57,305 nt of DNA, from NCBI GenBank assembly GCA_026417155.1, contig JAOADU010000072.1, positions 1 to 57,305 of the forward strand. Reading direction: 5' to 3'. This DNA comes from Bacteroidales bacterium. Lineage in GTDB: Bacteria > Bacteroidota > Bacteroidia > Bacteroidales > GWA2-32-17. Position numbers and translations under genes: made by a program. The notes under the pieces were generated by a model, which had not been told where the DNA came from, searched no databases, and saw nothing but the letters and a program-made list of their open reading frames with translations. This document shows, piece by piece, positions 1-9,993 of the stretch (position 1 is the stretch's first letter; each line of letters opens with the position of its first letter).

Positions 1-639
1 AATGATTTTGAAATAACAAATCCAGACCTTGTCATTTGCCATATAGACCCCTCTGCTACATTTGAAATGGAGCTTACTGTCGACAAGGGAAGAGGCTATG
101 TCCCAGCAGAAGAAAATAGAGTGGGCGAGCAGGTGATTGGATACATTCCTGTAGATGCTATATTTGATCCTATCAAGAAAGTAAAGTATAGTGTTGAAAA
201 TACACGGGTTGAGCAACGTACAGACTACGAAAAACTTATTCTTGAGATAGAGACAGACGGAACTATTCATCCAGAGAAAGCCTTAGAAGGTGCCGCCAAT
301 ATCCTGATGCAACATCTGAGATTGTTTACAAAACACCAAGACTTTGCACCTGTAAATGTAAAAGGAGTAGAAGAAACGCCTATTGATGAGGAATACCTAC
401 ATATGCGTAAACTACTCAAGACATCGCTTGCCGACCTCGACCTATCTGTACGTGCTTACAACTGCTTGAAAGCTGCCGATGTGAAAACATTAGGAGACCT
501 TGTCAAACTAGAAATTTCAGACATGATGAAATTCAGAAACTTTGGTAAAAAGTCGCTTACCGAATTAGAAGAATTATTGTCAAGCATGGGACTCATGTTT
601 GGTATGGATATATCGAAGTATAAATTAGACAAAGATTAA
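1..639 (+). CDS. rpoA: RNA polymerase alpha subunit, 5'-truncated by the window edge
   Basis: Frame is open from base 1 ([14 protein letters not shown]...). Motifs [22 protein letters not shown] and alpha-[13 protein letters not shown]...NFGKKSL. Followed by rplQ. Confidence 0.98.
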   Translation, partial: NDFEITNPDLVICHIDPSATFEMELTVDKGRGYVPAEENRVGEQVIGYIPVDAIFDPIKKVKYSVENTRVEQRTDYEKLILEIETDGTIHPEKALEGAANILMQHLRLFTKHQDFAPVNVKGVEETPIDEEYLHMRKLLKTSLADLDLSVRAYNCLKAADVKTLGDLVKLEISDMMKFRNFGKKSLTELEELLSSMGLMFGMDISKYKLDKD

Positions 640-644
640 TAGCA

Positions 645-1139
645 ATGAGACACGGAAAAACTGTAAATCATCTTGGTAGAAAAAGTGCCCACCGAAAAGC
701 TATGTTGTCCAATATGGCTGTTTCCCTTATTTTACATAAAGGTATAACAACAACGGTGGCAAAAGCAAAAGCTCTTAAATCGTTTGTAGAACCTATTATA
801 ACAAGAGCCAAAGAAGATACTACTCACAACAGGCGTGTAGCATTCAGTTATTTAAAAGATAAAAAAGCAGTGTCGGAGTTATTTAAAGAAATTGCTTTAA
901 AAATTGCCGATCGCCCCGGAGGATATACCAGAATATTAAGATTAGGGAAACGTGTTGGTGATAATGCCGAAATGTGTAGAATTGAGCTTGTAGATTATAA
1001 CGAAAACATGTTAGCAGCAAAAACTGAAACAAAGGCAACGAAAAAATCTCGTACTCGAAGAGCAGGAGGCAAAAAGAAAGAACAACCCAAATCTGAAAAA
1101 GAAAATAAAGAAAACAACACTAACGAAAGTACAGAATAA
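645..1139 (+). CDS. rplQ: 50S ribosomal protein L17
   Basis: [32 protein letters not shown] motifs; charged C-terminal tail as in Bacteroidota. Confidence 0.98.
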   Translation: MRHGKTVNHLGRKSAHRKAMLSNMAVSLILHKGITTTVAKAKALKSFVEPIITRAKEDTTHNRRVAFSYLKDKKAVSELFKEIALKIADRPGGYTRILRLGKRVGDNAEMCRIELVDYNENMLAAKTETKATKKSRTRRAGGKKKEQPKSEKENKENNTNESTE

Positions 1140-1166
1140 AAAATTTGTCATTAAAGCTATAAAAGC

Positions 1167-1198
1167 AAAAGAGACTCATGAAAGAGTCTCTTTTTTTT
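1167..1198 (+). terminator. Intrinsic terminator of the rpoA-rplQ operon
   Basis: AGAGACTC-atgaaa-GAGTCTCT hairpin followed by a T-run. Confidence 0.85.
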
Positions 1199-1213
1199 AC
1201 TCATAAAAGAAAT

Positions 1214-1241
1214 AAAAAAACCCACATTTTGCAATGTGGGT
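1214..1241 (-). terminator. Intrinsic terminator of the tRNA-Gln pair
   Basis: CCCACATT-ttgc-AATGTGGG hairpin with an A7 run on its left (U-tract on the minus strand). Confidence 0.8.
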
Positions 1242-1255
1242 TATTATTTTTCCCG

Positions 1256-1326
1256 TTGTCCCGCAGGGATTCGAACCCCGACGTGCAGATCCAGAGTCTG
1301 CTGTGCTACCATTACACAACGGGACA
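1256..1326 (-). tRNA. tRNA-Gln (anticodon CTG)
   Basis: Minus strand reads TGTCCCG TTGTGTAATGGTAGCAC A GCAGA-CT-CTG-GA-TCTGC ACGT CGGGG-TTCGAAT-CCCTG CGGGACA A. Cloverleaf folds; CCA not encoded. Confidence 0.95.
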
Positions 1327-1331
1327 GGACG

Positions 1332-1402
1332 TTGTCCGACTAGGATTCGAACCTAGACAGGCAGAACCAAAATCTGCAGTGCTACCATTACACCATCGGA
1401 CA
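1332..1402 (-). tRNA. tRNA-Gln (anticodon TTG)
   Basis: Minus strand reads TGTCCGA TGGTGTAATGGTAGCAC T GCAGA-TT-TTG-GT-TCTGC CTGT CTAGG-TTCGAAT-CCTAG TCGGACA A. Confidence 0.95.
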
Positions 1403-1429
1403 ATTTTTTAAAGAACCAAAATTCGGCTG

Positions 1430-1437
1430 CAAATATA
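1430..1437 (-). promoter_or_regulatory. Bacteroidota -7 promoter box for the tRNA-Gln pair
   Basis: TATATTTG on the minus strand (matches TAnnTTTG), about 28 nt upstream of the first tRNA. Confidence 0.7.
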
Positions 1438-1580
1438 GTAGATATATTTTATTTATACAAACAAAAAATGAAATTTTATAGAATTGCTTATACATTTTGC
1501 TTGTATATAAGATGCCATTAATTTAATGCATACAATACAAATATTCGAAAAAATACAATTCGAAATGATGTGATATTTAA

Positions 1581-4172
1581 TTAACTACATTTTGAATACC
1601 CACAATTCTGACAAGTTAGGCAACCTTCTTTGTATACTAAAGCATCTTGTCCACAATTGGGGCACATAGCACCTTTTTTAGGTTTAGCTCCATCTGGGAT
1701 ATAGCGTTTTAAGGCTCTGGCAACTCCAGTTTTCCATGTATTTATGCTATCGTTGTCGAGTTGTAATGATGATACAAGGTTAATAACATCGGTAATTGGC
1801 ATTCCATATCGGAGTACTCCGGATATTAATTTTGCATAATTCCAGTATTCTTTATCGAACATGCGAGAAAGTCCTTCTATTGTGGTTTTGTATCCATGTT
1901 TATCTATGTATTGAAAATCATATCGTGTATTCCCTTCTTCATCTTTATTTTTAATAATGTATCCTCTCTTAATAGATTTGGGAATATTAAGTGCATCTTC
2001 TTCATCGAGTCCTGTAAAGATTTCATATGGTTTGCCATCTAATATTCCTACAAATGCAATCCATTTTTCATTGTTATTGTGAAATCTTACTACATCGGCT
2101 TCTAAAATTTGAGGACGCTTTTTAACTTCATATGGCAAGGTTTCGGGTGCTGTGTTTTTCTTTTTATCATTTGAAATGAGTACTCCCGAACGACTGCCTT
2201 CGCGATACACGGTTATTCCCTTACAACCGCTTTCCCATCCAGTTTCATATACTTTGGCTACAATTTCTTCACTTACGTTTTCGGGTAGATTTACTGTTAC
2301 GCTTATGGAATGATCGACCCACTTTTGTATTTGTCCTTGCATTTTAACTTTTTGCACCCAATCTACATCGTTGGCTGTGGCTTTATAATATGGCGATTTT
2401 TGTATTAATTCTTCAATTTGCTGATCGTTGTAATTTTTTACTTCTTCAAGATCATAGCCATTATTTTCGAGCCAAGTAACAAATTTATGGTGAAATACGG
2501 TATATTCTTCCCACGAGTCGCCAACTTCATCAACAAATGTAACTTTAACGTTTTTATCGTTAGGATTTACTTTTCTGCGGCGTTTATAAACAGGTCTGAA
2601 AACAGGTTCAATTCCAGATGTAGTTTGAGTGAGTATGCTTGTAGAACCTGTGGGTGCTATTGTAAGCAACGAAATATTGCGTCGTCCATAACGTGTCATT
2701 TCTTTATATAACTCTGGATCTGCTTCTTTTATGCGATTGATGAATGGATTTTTTTCTTCTCTTTTGGTATCGTAAATAGGGAAAGGACCACGTTCGCGTG
2801 CTGTATGTACCGAAGAGCGGTAAACTTCTATGGCTAATGTTTTATGTACTTTTGTTGAAAATTCAATGGCTTCTTCGCTTCCGTAGCGAAGGCCAAGTGC
2901 AGCTAACATATCTCCTTCTGCAGTAATACCAATGCCTGTTCTTCGTCCTTGGATGGCTTTAATTCGTATCTTTTCCCATAATCTTCGTTCTGTTTGTTTT
3001 ACTTCGTCCGATTCGGGGTCGTTATCTATTTTGTTGAGTATAGCATCAATTTTTTCAAGTTCAAGGTCAATGATATCGTCCATGATGCGTTGTGCATAAT
3101 GTGCATGTTTTTTAAATAAATCAAAATCAAAGAATGCGTTTGGAGTAAAAGGATTTACAACGTAGCCGTACAAGTTAATAGCTAAAAGGCGACAACTATC
3201 ATATGGACATAATGGAATTTCGCCACATGGATTAGTTGCAACAGTTTTAAATCCAAGATCGGCATAACAGTCGGCTACAGATTCGCGTATTATTGTATCC
3301 CAAAAAAGAATTCCTGGCTCTGCCGATTTCCATGCATTATGAATAATTTTTTTCCACAATGCAGCAGCATCTATTTCCTTTTTAAATTTTGGATTAGGAC
3401 TGTCAATTGGATATTGTTGTGTATATGGTAAGCCATTAATAGCTGCTTGCATGAATTCATCATCGATTTTTACGGAAACATTAGCTCCAGTAATTTTGCC
3501 CTGTTCTAATTTAGCATCAATAAAACTTTCGGCATCGGGATGCTTTATTGAAACAGTAAGCATTAAGGCTCCTCTTCGTCCATCTTGGGCAACTTCACGA
3601 GTGCTGTTGCTATATCGTTCCATGAATGGCACTAAACCTGTTGAAGTTAATGCGCTGTTTAAAACAGGACTTCCAGATGGTCGAATATGGCTTAAATCAT
3701 GTCCCACTCCTCCACGTCTTTTCATTAGTTGTACTTGTTCTTCATCAATTTTCATGATACCACCATAGGAGTCGCTGTTTCCTTCTAAGCCAATTACAAA
3801 GCAATTTGAAAGTGATGCAATTTGAAAATTATTGCCAATGCCCGACATTGGGCTACCTTGAGGAACAATATATTTAAAATCTTTTAATAATTCGTATATT
3901 TCTTGAGCAGACATGGGGTTGGGATATTTTTTTTCGATTCGAGCAATTTCATTAGCTATGCGCCAATGCATGTCTTCGGGGCTTCGTTCATAAATTTTGC
4001 CTTGCGAATCTTTTAGGGCATATTTGTTTACCCAGACTTTTGCCGCTAACTCATCGCCATTGAAATATTCCAGAGCTCCCTGAAAGGCTTCATCAAAAGT
4101 ATAAGTCATACGTTTCTCATTCTGAGCAAGTTCAATTTTTTCCATACTTTTGTTATCTACTATTGTTTCCAT
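1581..4172 (-). CDS. nrdJ: Adenosylcobalamin-dependent (class II) ribonucleotide reductase
   Basis: SLSNCFV, TNPCGEIPL (thiyl radical Cys), IAPTGSTS, SISVTVNLP, KGITVYREGSR; C-terminal TSCPD-like region and CPNC..CQNC..KC zinc ribbon; no beta-subunit gene adjacent. Confidence 0.93.
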   Translation of the reverse strand: METIVDNKSMEKIELAQNEKRMTYTFDEAFQGALEYFNGDELAAKVWVNKYALKDSQGKIYERSPEDMHWRIANEIARIEKKYPNPMSAQEIYELLKDFKYIVPQGSPMSGIGNNFQIASLSNCFVIGLEGNSDSYGGIMKIDEEQVQLMKRRGGVGHDLSHIRPSGSPVLNSALTSTGLVPFMERYSNSTREVAQDGRRGALMLTVSIKHPDAESFIDAKLEQGKITGANVSVKIDDEFMQAAINGLPYTQQYPIDSPNPKFKKEIDAAALWKKIIHNAWKSAEPGILFWDTIIRESVADCYADLGFKTVATNPCGEIPLCPYDSCRLLAINLYGYVVNPFTPNAFFDFDLFKKHAHYAQRIMDDIIDLELEKIDAILNKIDNDPESDEVKQTERRLWEKIRIKAIQGRRTGIGITAEGDMLAALGLRYGSEEAIEFSTKVHKTLAIEVYRSSVHTARERGPFPIYDTKREEKNPFINRIKEADPELYKEMTRYGRRNISLLTIAPTGSTSILTQTTSGIEPVFRPVYKRRRKVNPNDKNVKVTFVDEVGDSWEEYTVFHHKFVTWLENNGYDLEEVKNYNDQQIEELIQKSPYYKATANDVDWVQKVKMQGQIQKWVDHSISVTVNLPENVSEEIVAKVYETGWESGCKGITVYREGSRSGVLISNDKKKNTAPETLPYEVKKRPQILEADVVRFHNNNEKWIAFVGILDGKPYEIFTGLDEEDALNIPKSIKRGYIIKNKDEEGNTRYDFQYIDKHGYKTTIEGLSRMFDKEYWNYAKLISGVLRYGMPITDVINLVSSLQLDNDSINTWKTGVARALKRYIPDGAKPKKGAMCPNCGQDALVYKEGCLTCQNCGYSKCS

Positions 4173-4263
4173 TTTACAACTTAATTAGCGTAATAATCAA
4201 TATCCTAGCGATTATAAATTCGTTGAGCAAATTATATCATTTTAATTTTTTTTTCTAATTAAG

Positions 4264-4417
4264 TTTTGAACAAGATTATTAACAACAAGAAATAATTAAC
4301 AAAAATACTTGAATATGAATTACATAAAATGCCTGTTAATAAGTACCAATAATTGTTAATATGTTGAAATATAGATACATAATAATTTTCTAACAATTAA
4401 TTGTTGAAAAATTAACA
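4264..4417. promoter_or_regulatory. Cluster of nine TTWTYAACA-like 9-mers (DnaA-box-like) upstream of nrdJ
   Basis: ttttgaaca 4264, ttattaaca 4276, taattaaca 4293, tgttaataa 4334, tgttaatat 4354, tgttgaaat 4362, tttctaaca 4387, tgttgaaaa 4402, aaattaaca 4409. Confidence 0.5.
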
Positions 4418-4423
4418 CTTAAA

Positions 4424-5122
4424 TCAGAAGTTTGGCAAAATTTTCTTTTCGAACAATTTCCACAGGTTATCATTGGGTACAGGTGCAGTTACAGATATAG
4501 TAATATGATGAATAGGGTGTACAAATTCAATATGACGTGCATGAAGTGAAATACTTAAATCACGATTAGCTCTCCTGAAACCGTATTTGACATCTCCTTT
4601 AATAGGGCAACCAATATGTGCTAGTTGGCACCGAATCTGATGATGACGTCCTGTATGCAATATTATTTCCCATAAATGATATCGATCAGAATGTGCAATA
4701 ATGGAATAATTTAGAATAGCTAATTTGGAATTTTTTGTATTGGTAGCAACAACATACGATTTATTTTTTTTCTCGTTTCGTAATATGGTATGTTCGAGAC
4801 GACCCGAAGGTTGAGGTGGTATATTGGCAGTAATAGCCCAATAAATTTTCTTAATGTTTCGTTCTTGTTGTAAACTGTTTAAACGCGCAAGGGCTTTACT
4901 TGTTTTTGCAAAAACTACGACTCCACTTACGGGTCGATCAATTCGATGTAATACCCCTAAAAAAACATTTCCTTTTTTTTGGTCGCGTTTTTTAATAAAC
5001 AATTTAAGTTCATCTTCAAGCGACGATAGATTCTCCTTGTCGGGTTGAACAAGCTCGCCCGGCATCTTGTTATATATTAAAATGTGATTGTCTTCGTATA
5101 AAATTCTTTCGGCTTGTATCAT
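4424..5122 (-). CDS. RluA-family RNA pseudouridine synthase
   Basis: ILYEDNH..NKMPG, HRIDRPVSG (catalytic Asp), TGRHHQIRCQL, GDVKYG, LHA motifs. Confidence 0.93.
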   Translation of the reverse strand: MIQAERILYEDNHILIYNKMPGELVQPDKENLSSLEDELKLFIKKRDQKKGNVFLGVLHRIDRPVSGVVVFAKTSKALARLNSLQQERNIKKIYWAITANIPPQPSGRLEHTILRNEKKNKSYVVATNTKNSKLAILNYSIIAHSDRYHLWEIILHTGRHHQIRCQLAHIGCPIKGDVKYGFRRANRDLSISLHARHIEFVHPIHHITISVTAPVPNDNLWKLFEKKILPNF

Positions 5123-6093
5123 GTAACAGCAGACTTATATTGATGAAATCTTTGTTCGCTAATAACACCAAGAAAATGGAGTTTTTTGTACATTTGACCA
5201 AAAGAAAGCAGTTTTAAGATTAAAAATGCAATAATAGTACGCGACAAAAAAATAATCCAAAAATTTCCACCAACAATAGCAAACAAAAGCGAATCTTCTA
5301 TAATAGCATGGGCAAGCACTAAAAAAACTGTAATTAACGAAGCATCTTTATGGTTGATTACGCCTTTTTTAGCAAACTGTAGCATAATTCCCGAGCCATA
5401 AATAATTCCCAGAAATAAACCAACAAGCCAAGGCACAATACCCCCAGCAGAAAGCCCGAAAAATGAGCCGATGTTACAAATATATGGTTTTATGAATTGT
5501 ACGAACGACCATTGTCGCAGTGTATCATAAAGAAATTGCAATAAAAATACAAGCAGCCAAATTTGAATGATAGTTGTAACAATGCCCATCAAAATATTGA
5601 ACCAATCAATGTTGTCAGTTCCCTGTAAATAAGGATTTAATACAATTCCTTCAATATTTTGAGGAAGTAATAAATTGGCAATAATTCCTGAAATTAACCC
5701 TAATAAAATTCTAAATAATGCAATTCGATATGTGGCAAATCGTAATTTTATAAGTATTCCAGTTTCAATAATTAAACTATGAGAAAAACCAATAATAATA
5801 CCTAAAATAGTTATTTCTCTGACAGTCAGATTCAATGCGGGAATAGTTGCAATACCCGCGTAAACGTTACCGAAAAATGAAGCAAGAATAGTAACAGCAG
5901 CTTTACCTGGCAGCCCCATTGCTTCCATTACTGGCAGCATGTATGGGCTAAGCCAGTCGAAAAATCCGTATTGTTTTAATAAGGTTGCCAGAATAGATAA
6001 AGGCACATATACTTTAATTAACGTCCAACTAACTTCATTGGCCGAAACAAATGCAGTTTTAATGGTATTTGCTATTAGTTTTTTTATTTCCAT
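5119..6093 (-). CDS. Nucleoside-recognition (Gate) domain membrane protein
   Basis: Multi-TM protein with two internal halves (PVMEAMGLPG..HSLIIET and FFGLSAG..HAIIEDS). Start placed at ATG 6093 (MEIKK). Confidence 0.75.
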   Translation of the reverse strand: MEIKKLIANTIKTAFVSANEVSWTLIKVYVPLSILATLLKQYGFFDWLSPYMLPVMEAMGLPGKAAVTILASFFGNVYAGIATIPALNLTVREITILGIIIGFSHSLIIETGILIKLRFATYRIALFRILLGLISGIIANLLLPQNIEGIVLNPYLQGTDNIDWFNILMGIVTTIIQIWLLVFLLQFLYDTLRQWSFVQFIKPYICNIGSFFGLSAGGIVPWLVGLFLGIIYGSGIMLQFAKKGVINHKDASLITVFLVLAHAIIEDSLLFAIVGGNFWIIFLSRTIIAFLILKLLSFGQMYKKLHFLGVISEQRFHQYKSAVT

Positions 6094-6140
6094 GCTCAAA
6101 GGTATAAATTTTAAGGCTATCAAAATTTCACCGAATAAAT

Positions 6141-6148
6141 TATCTTTG
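6141..6148 (+). promoter_or_regulatory. -7 promoter box for pepE
   Basis: TATCTTTG, 11 nt before the ATG. Confidence 0.65.
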
Positions 6149-6159
6149 CAGAAAAAAAC

Positions 6160-6861
6160 ATGAAGCTATTATTATTTAGTAACTCAACTAATGCCGGCGA
6201 AGAATATTTTACATATCCTTTGCCTCACATTAAAGCCTTTTTAAATGGCATGAAAGCAGAAAATATAATTTTTATTCCGTATGCTGCAGTTACATTTACA
6301 TACGATGAATATGAAGAAAAAGTAAACAATCGATTACAATCAATAGGATTAAAAGCAATTGGGATTCATCGTTTTCAAGATAAATTTTATGCAATAAAAA
6401 CGGCAGATGTGATTATGGTAGGGGGTGGAAATACTTTTCATTTATTAAAAGAATGTTACGAACACAATATATTAGATGCTATTCGCCAGACTGTTTTATC
6501 GGGGACTCCATATATTGGATGGAGTGCAGGTAGTAATTTAGCTTGTCCTACAATATGTACTACGAATGATATGCCTATTGTGCAACCATTAAGCTTTGCA
6601 GCTTTAAATTTAATTTCCTTTCAAATAAATCCTCATTACTTAGATGCAAATCCCGAAGGGCATGCAGGCGAAACACGTGAACAACGAATACTGGAATTTT
6701 TAGCTGCAAATCCTAATAAAGTTGTTGTAGGGCTTAGAGAGGGATGCTGGCTAACTGTTTGCAACAATAAAGTTGTGTTACATGGCAATAAAACAGCACG
6801 TATTTTTAAATACAAGCATGAACCCATCGAGCACCAAAGCGAGAAAGAATTAAATTTATAA
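6160..6861 (+). CDS. pepE: Dipeptidase E (peptidase S51)
   Basis: LLLFSNST, VGGGNTF, GWSAG nucleophile, TTNDMP, INPHY, GETREQRI. Confidence 0.95.
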   Translation: MKLLLFSNSTNAGEEYFTYPLPHIKAFLNGMKAENIIFIPYAAVTFTYDEYEEKVNNRLQSIGLKAIGIHRFQDKFYAIKTADVIMVGGGNTFHLLKECYEHNILDAIRQTVLSGTPYIGWSAGSNLACPTICTTNDMPIVQPLSFAALNLISFQINPHYLDANPEGHAGETREQRILEFLAANPNKVVVGLREGCWLTVCNNKVVLHGNKTARIFKYKHEPIEHQSEKELNL

Positions 6862-6892
6862 AATAATATTTTGATATTTGCTAAAAAAACTT

Positions 6893-6900
6893 TACGTTTG
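6893..6900 (+). promoter_or_regulatory. -7 promoter box for secDF
   Basis: TACGTTTG upstream of the ATG at 6954. Confidence 0.55.
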
Positions 6901-6953
6901 CACCTTAATTTTTTGGAATAATAATTTGTTGTAAATACTAAATTTAGAGACAC

Positions 6954-9941
6954 ATGCAAAATAAAGGTTTCATTAAGTTTTTTGCGATAGCGTTGGCGTT
7001 GGCAGCGATTTTTCAGTTGTCGTTTACATTTGTTGTAAAAAAAGTACAAAGTGATGCACGTGAGTATGCAAATGGCGACCCAAAAAAGGAAGCCTATTAT
7101 TTAGATTCTATTGCCAATGAGCCAGTGTACAATTTTTTATGGTTAAAAAAGTACACATTTCGTGAATGCCAAGAAAAGGAAATAAATCTTGGCTTAGACC
7201 TCAAAGGTGGAATGAACGTTACGCTGGAAGTATCGTTAGTAGATGTATTACGTTCATTAGCCCATTACACCACCGATTCAACTTTTAATAAAGCTATAGA
7301 AAAAGCAAAGGAATTACAAAAAAATAGTGGAGAAGATTTCATTACATTATTTGGAAAGGCTTTTCAGCAATTGGATCCCAATGCAAAACTGGCAGCTTAT
7401 TTTATATCTAAAGAATTAAAAATTGATTTCAACACACCAAACGAAGAAGTTCTTAATATAATACGCAAAGAAGCCGATGGAGCTATTAATAATTCATATA
7501 ATGTATTACGCAATCGAATTGACCGTTTTGGTGTTGCACAACCCAATATACAACGATTAGCAAATTCGGGAAGAATCTTAATTGAACTGCCCGGAGTAAA
7601 AGACCCCGAACGTGTGCGTAAATTATTACAAGGAACGGCAAATTTAGAATTCTGGGAAACATACGACAATCAGGAAGTATATCCTTTGCTCGAAAAAGCT
7701 AACGAAGTATTAGCTCAAATTTTAACAACAGAAAAAGATACAAGCAAACAAGAAAAAACAGATTCACTCACTGCAAAGCAAGATACATCGGCAAATTCAT
7801 TGCTAGAAAAAATTAAAGCACAGGAAAAGAAAGATACTACAAAAAAAGATGAAACAACACCTGAGCAATTCAAGAAAAATAATCCGTTATTTGCAGTGCT
7901 GTATCCAAGTGTTGATAATGATAAACGCCTCGCCAAAGGTGCTGCTGTTGGTTTAGTATTAGCTAAAGATACTGCGACTGTTAACAAATACTTGTCAATG
8001 AAACAAGTAAAAGCATTATTCCCCAGTAGTCTCAAATTTTTATGGTCATACAAACCTTTAAAAAATACGCAGATTTATCAGCTTATAGCAATAAAAGTAG
8101 ATCCTCGAAAAAATCAAGCGCCATTAGATGGTTCGTATATTACATCGGCACGGGTTGAATTTAATAATTTAAACAATGAGCCTGAAGTATCTATGTCGAT
8201 GAATGCCGAAGGAGCAAAAGAATGGGCATTATTAACTCGTCAAAATGTTGGCAAACAAATAGCAATTGTGCTTGATAATTATGTATATTCATTTCCTGTC
8301 GTTCGCCAAGAGATTAAAGGTGGTAATTCGTCTATATCCGGAGGTTTTACTCTCGAAGAAGCAACTGACCTTGCTAATGTGTTAAAATCGGGTAAATTGC
8401 CTGCTCCTGCTGTAATTATCGAAGAAGCTATTGTAGGTCCTACTTTGGGTAAAGAAAGCATTAATGCAGGACTTATTTCGTTTATTATTGCATTTGTACT
8501 GGTGCTGTTATACATGATTGTATTTTATGGCAAACCAGGTCTTATTGCCGATATCGCTTTATTAACCAACGTATTTTTCTTAATTGGTGTATTAGCTTCG
8601 TTAGGAGCAGTATTAACATTACCTGGTATTGCGGGAATTGTGTTAACTTTAGGTATGGCAGTTGACGCCAACGTAATTATTTATGAGCGTATTCGCGAGG
8701 AATTAAAAGCTGGCAAAGGCATAAAATTAGCTTTATCCGATGGTTATAAAAATGCGTATTCTGCAATTATTGACGGAAACGTAACCACCATAATAACAGG
8801 TATTGTATTATATGCTTTCGGAAGCGGACCTATTCAGGGATTTGCTACAACTTTGATTATAGGTATTCTGACATCATTGTTTACAGCAATATTTATATCA
8901 CGTTTAATTTTTGAATATGGATTTTCGAAAAATTGGACATTTGTTTTTGATACCAAAATAACGCGTAATTTCTTAGATAAAACAAATTTAAACTTCATAA
9001 ATATGCGTCGTGTGGCGTATATTTTTTCATCTACAGTGATTGTTCTGGGTATAGTAAGTTTATTTACTCGAGGCTTGAGCTGGAGCATTGACTTTACGGG
9101 AGGAAGAACTTATGTTGTTCGTTTAGATAAAAACTTAAAGGTTTCTGAAGTTCGTGCAGCTTTGGCAAAGGAATTTGGCGAAGCTCCCGAAGTAAAAACT
9201 TTTGGTGCCGATAACCAAATGCGTATTACAACAAAGTATTTAATTAACGAAAATACAGCAGAGGCAGATAGTATTGTAGAAAGAAAACTATTTGAAGGAT
9301 TAAAACCATTATTTGTAAAGCCTATTACATTTGAAGATTTTAGTAGTTCTTCACGTGTAAGTGAATATGGAATTATGAGTTCTACAAAAGTGGGACCTAC
9401 TATTGCCGATGATATAAAAGTTGAAGCAGTAATTGCATTAGTTTTAGCTTTAATAGCAATATTTATATATATTGCTATCCGTTTTCGTCAGTGGCAGTGG
9501 GGATTAGGTGGTGTCATTGCACTATTCCACGATTCAATGTTTGTTATCTCATTTTTCAGCTTTTTCAATGGAATACTACCATTTAATCTCGATATAGATC
9601 AGGCATTCATTGCAGCACTTCTAACTGTGATAGGATATTCAATTAACGATACAGTAATTATTTTCGACCGCATTCGTGAATATAGAACATTACATCCACG
9701 GTGGGAATTACCCTTTGCTATTAATACTGCTATAAACTCTACTTTACGACGAACAATAAACACTGCTGGTACAACTATAGTAGTTCTTATAGCTATTTTC
9801 TTATTTGGAGGTGAGGTTCTTAGAGGGTTTATTTTTGCTTTGTTAGTTGGAATTGTGATCGGTACGTATTCTTCGGTGTTTGTTGCAACACCTATTGCTT
9901 ACGATATCCTTAAAAAGAAACATAAAACTGTAAAAGATTAA
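6954..9941 (+). CDS. secDF: Protein translocase SecDF (fused)
   Basis: LGLDLKGG, RIDRFGV, VGPTLG, GMAVDANVIIYERIREE, IDFTGG, GYSINDTVIIFDRIRE. Confidence 0.98.
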   Translation: MQNKGFIKFFAIALALAAIFQLSFTFVVKKVQSDAREYANGDPKKEAYYLDSIANEPVYNFLWLKKYTFRECQEKEINLGLDLKGGMNVTLEVSLVDVLRSLAHYTTDSTFNKAIEKAKELQKNSGEDFITLFGKAFQQLDPNAKLAAYFISKELKIDFNTPNEEVLNIIRKEADGAINNSYNVLRNRIDRFGVAQPNIQRLANSGRILIELPGVKDPERVRKLLQGTANLEFWETYDNQEVYPLLEKANEVLAQILTTEKDTSKQEKTDSLTAKQDTSANSLLEKIKAQEKKDTTKKDETTPEQFKKNNPLFAVLYPSVDNDKRLAKGAAVGLVLAKDTATVNKYLSMKQVKALFPSSLKFLWSYKPLKNTQIYQLIAIKVDPRKNQAPLDGSYITSARVEFNNLNNEPEVSMSMNAEGAKEWALLTRQNVGKQIAIVLDNYVYSFPVVRQEIKGGNSSISGGFTLEEATDLANVLKSGKLPAPAVIIEEAIVGPTLGKESINAGLISFIIAFVLVLLYMIVFYGKPGLIADIALLTNVFFLIGVLASLGAVLTLPGIAGIVLTLGMAVDANVIIYERIREELKAGKGIKLALSDGYKNAYSAIIDGNVTTIITGIVLYAFGSGPIQGFATTLIIGILTSLFTAIFISRLIFEYGFSKNWTFVFDTKITRNFLDKTNLNFINMRRVAYIFSSTVIVLGIVSLFTRGLSWSIDFTGGRTYVVRLDKNLKVSEVRAALAKEFGEAPEVKTFGADNQMRITTKYLINENTAEADSIVERKLFEGLKPLFVKPITFEDFSSSSRVSEYGIMSSTKVGPTIADDIKVEAVIALVLALIAIFIYIAIRFRQWQWGLGGVIALFHDSMFVISFFSFFNGILPFNLDIDQAFIAALLTVIGYSINDTVIIFDRIREYRTLHPRWELPFAINTAINSTLRRTINTAGTTIVVLIAIFLFGGEVLRGFIFALLVGIVIGTYSSVFVATPIAYDILKKKHKTVKD

Positions 9942-9961
9942 GGATTAAATAAAAAGATTGC

Positions 9962-9993
9962 AAAAGCTGTTCAAAAAAATGAACAGCTTTTTT
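9962..9993. terminator. Bidirectional terminator between secDF and the flippase gene
   Basis: AAAAGCTGTTCA-aaaaaa-TGAACAGCTTTT between convergent genes. Confidence 0.85.

Noticed and set aside
1251-1262. Short duplication at the tRNA-Gln(CTG) 3' end as a possible att site
   Set aside because: Only about 8 nt long, with no integrase or second copy elsewhere in the window.
1178-1411. 77-aa plus-strand ORF
   Set aside because: It is the antisense shadow of two tRNA-Gln genes and two terminators.
1581-4172. Intein or intron in nrdJ, a common insertion host
   Set aside because: The ORF is uninterrupted, catalytic motifs are normally spaced, and there is no C...HN splice signature or LAGLIDADG block.
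4173-4423. Cobalamin riboswitch or NrdR boxes upstream of the B12-dependent nrdJ
   Set aside because: The region is extremely AT-rich, with no B12-box (GGGAA...GCCACTG) and no ACACWATATWGTG-like pair.
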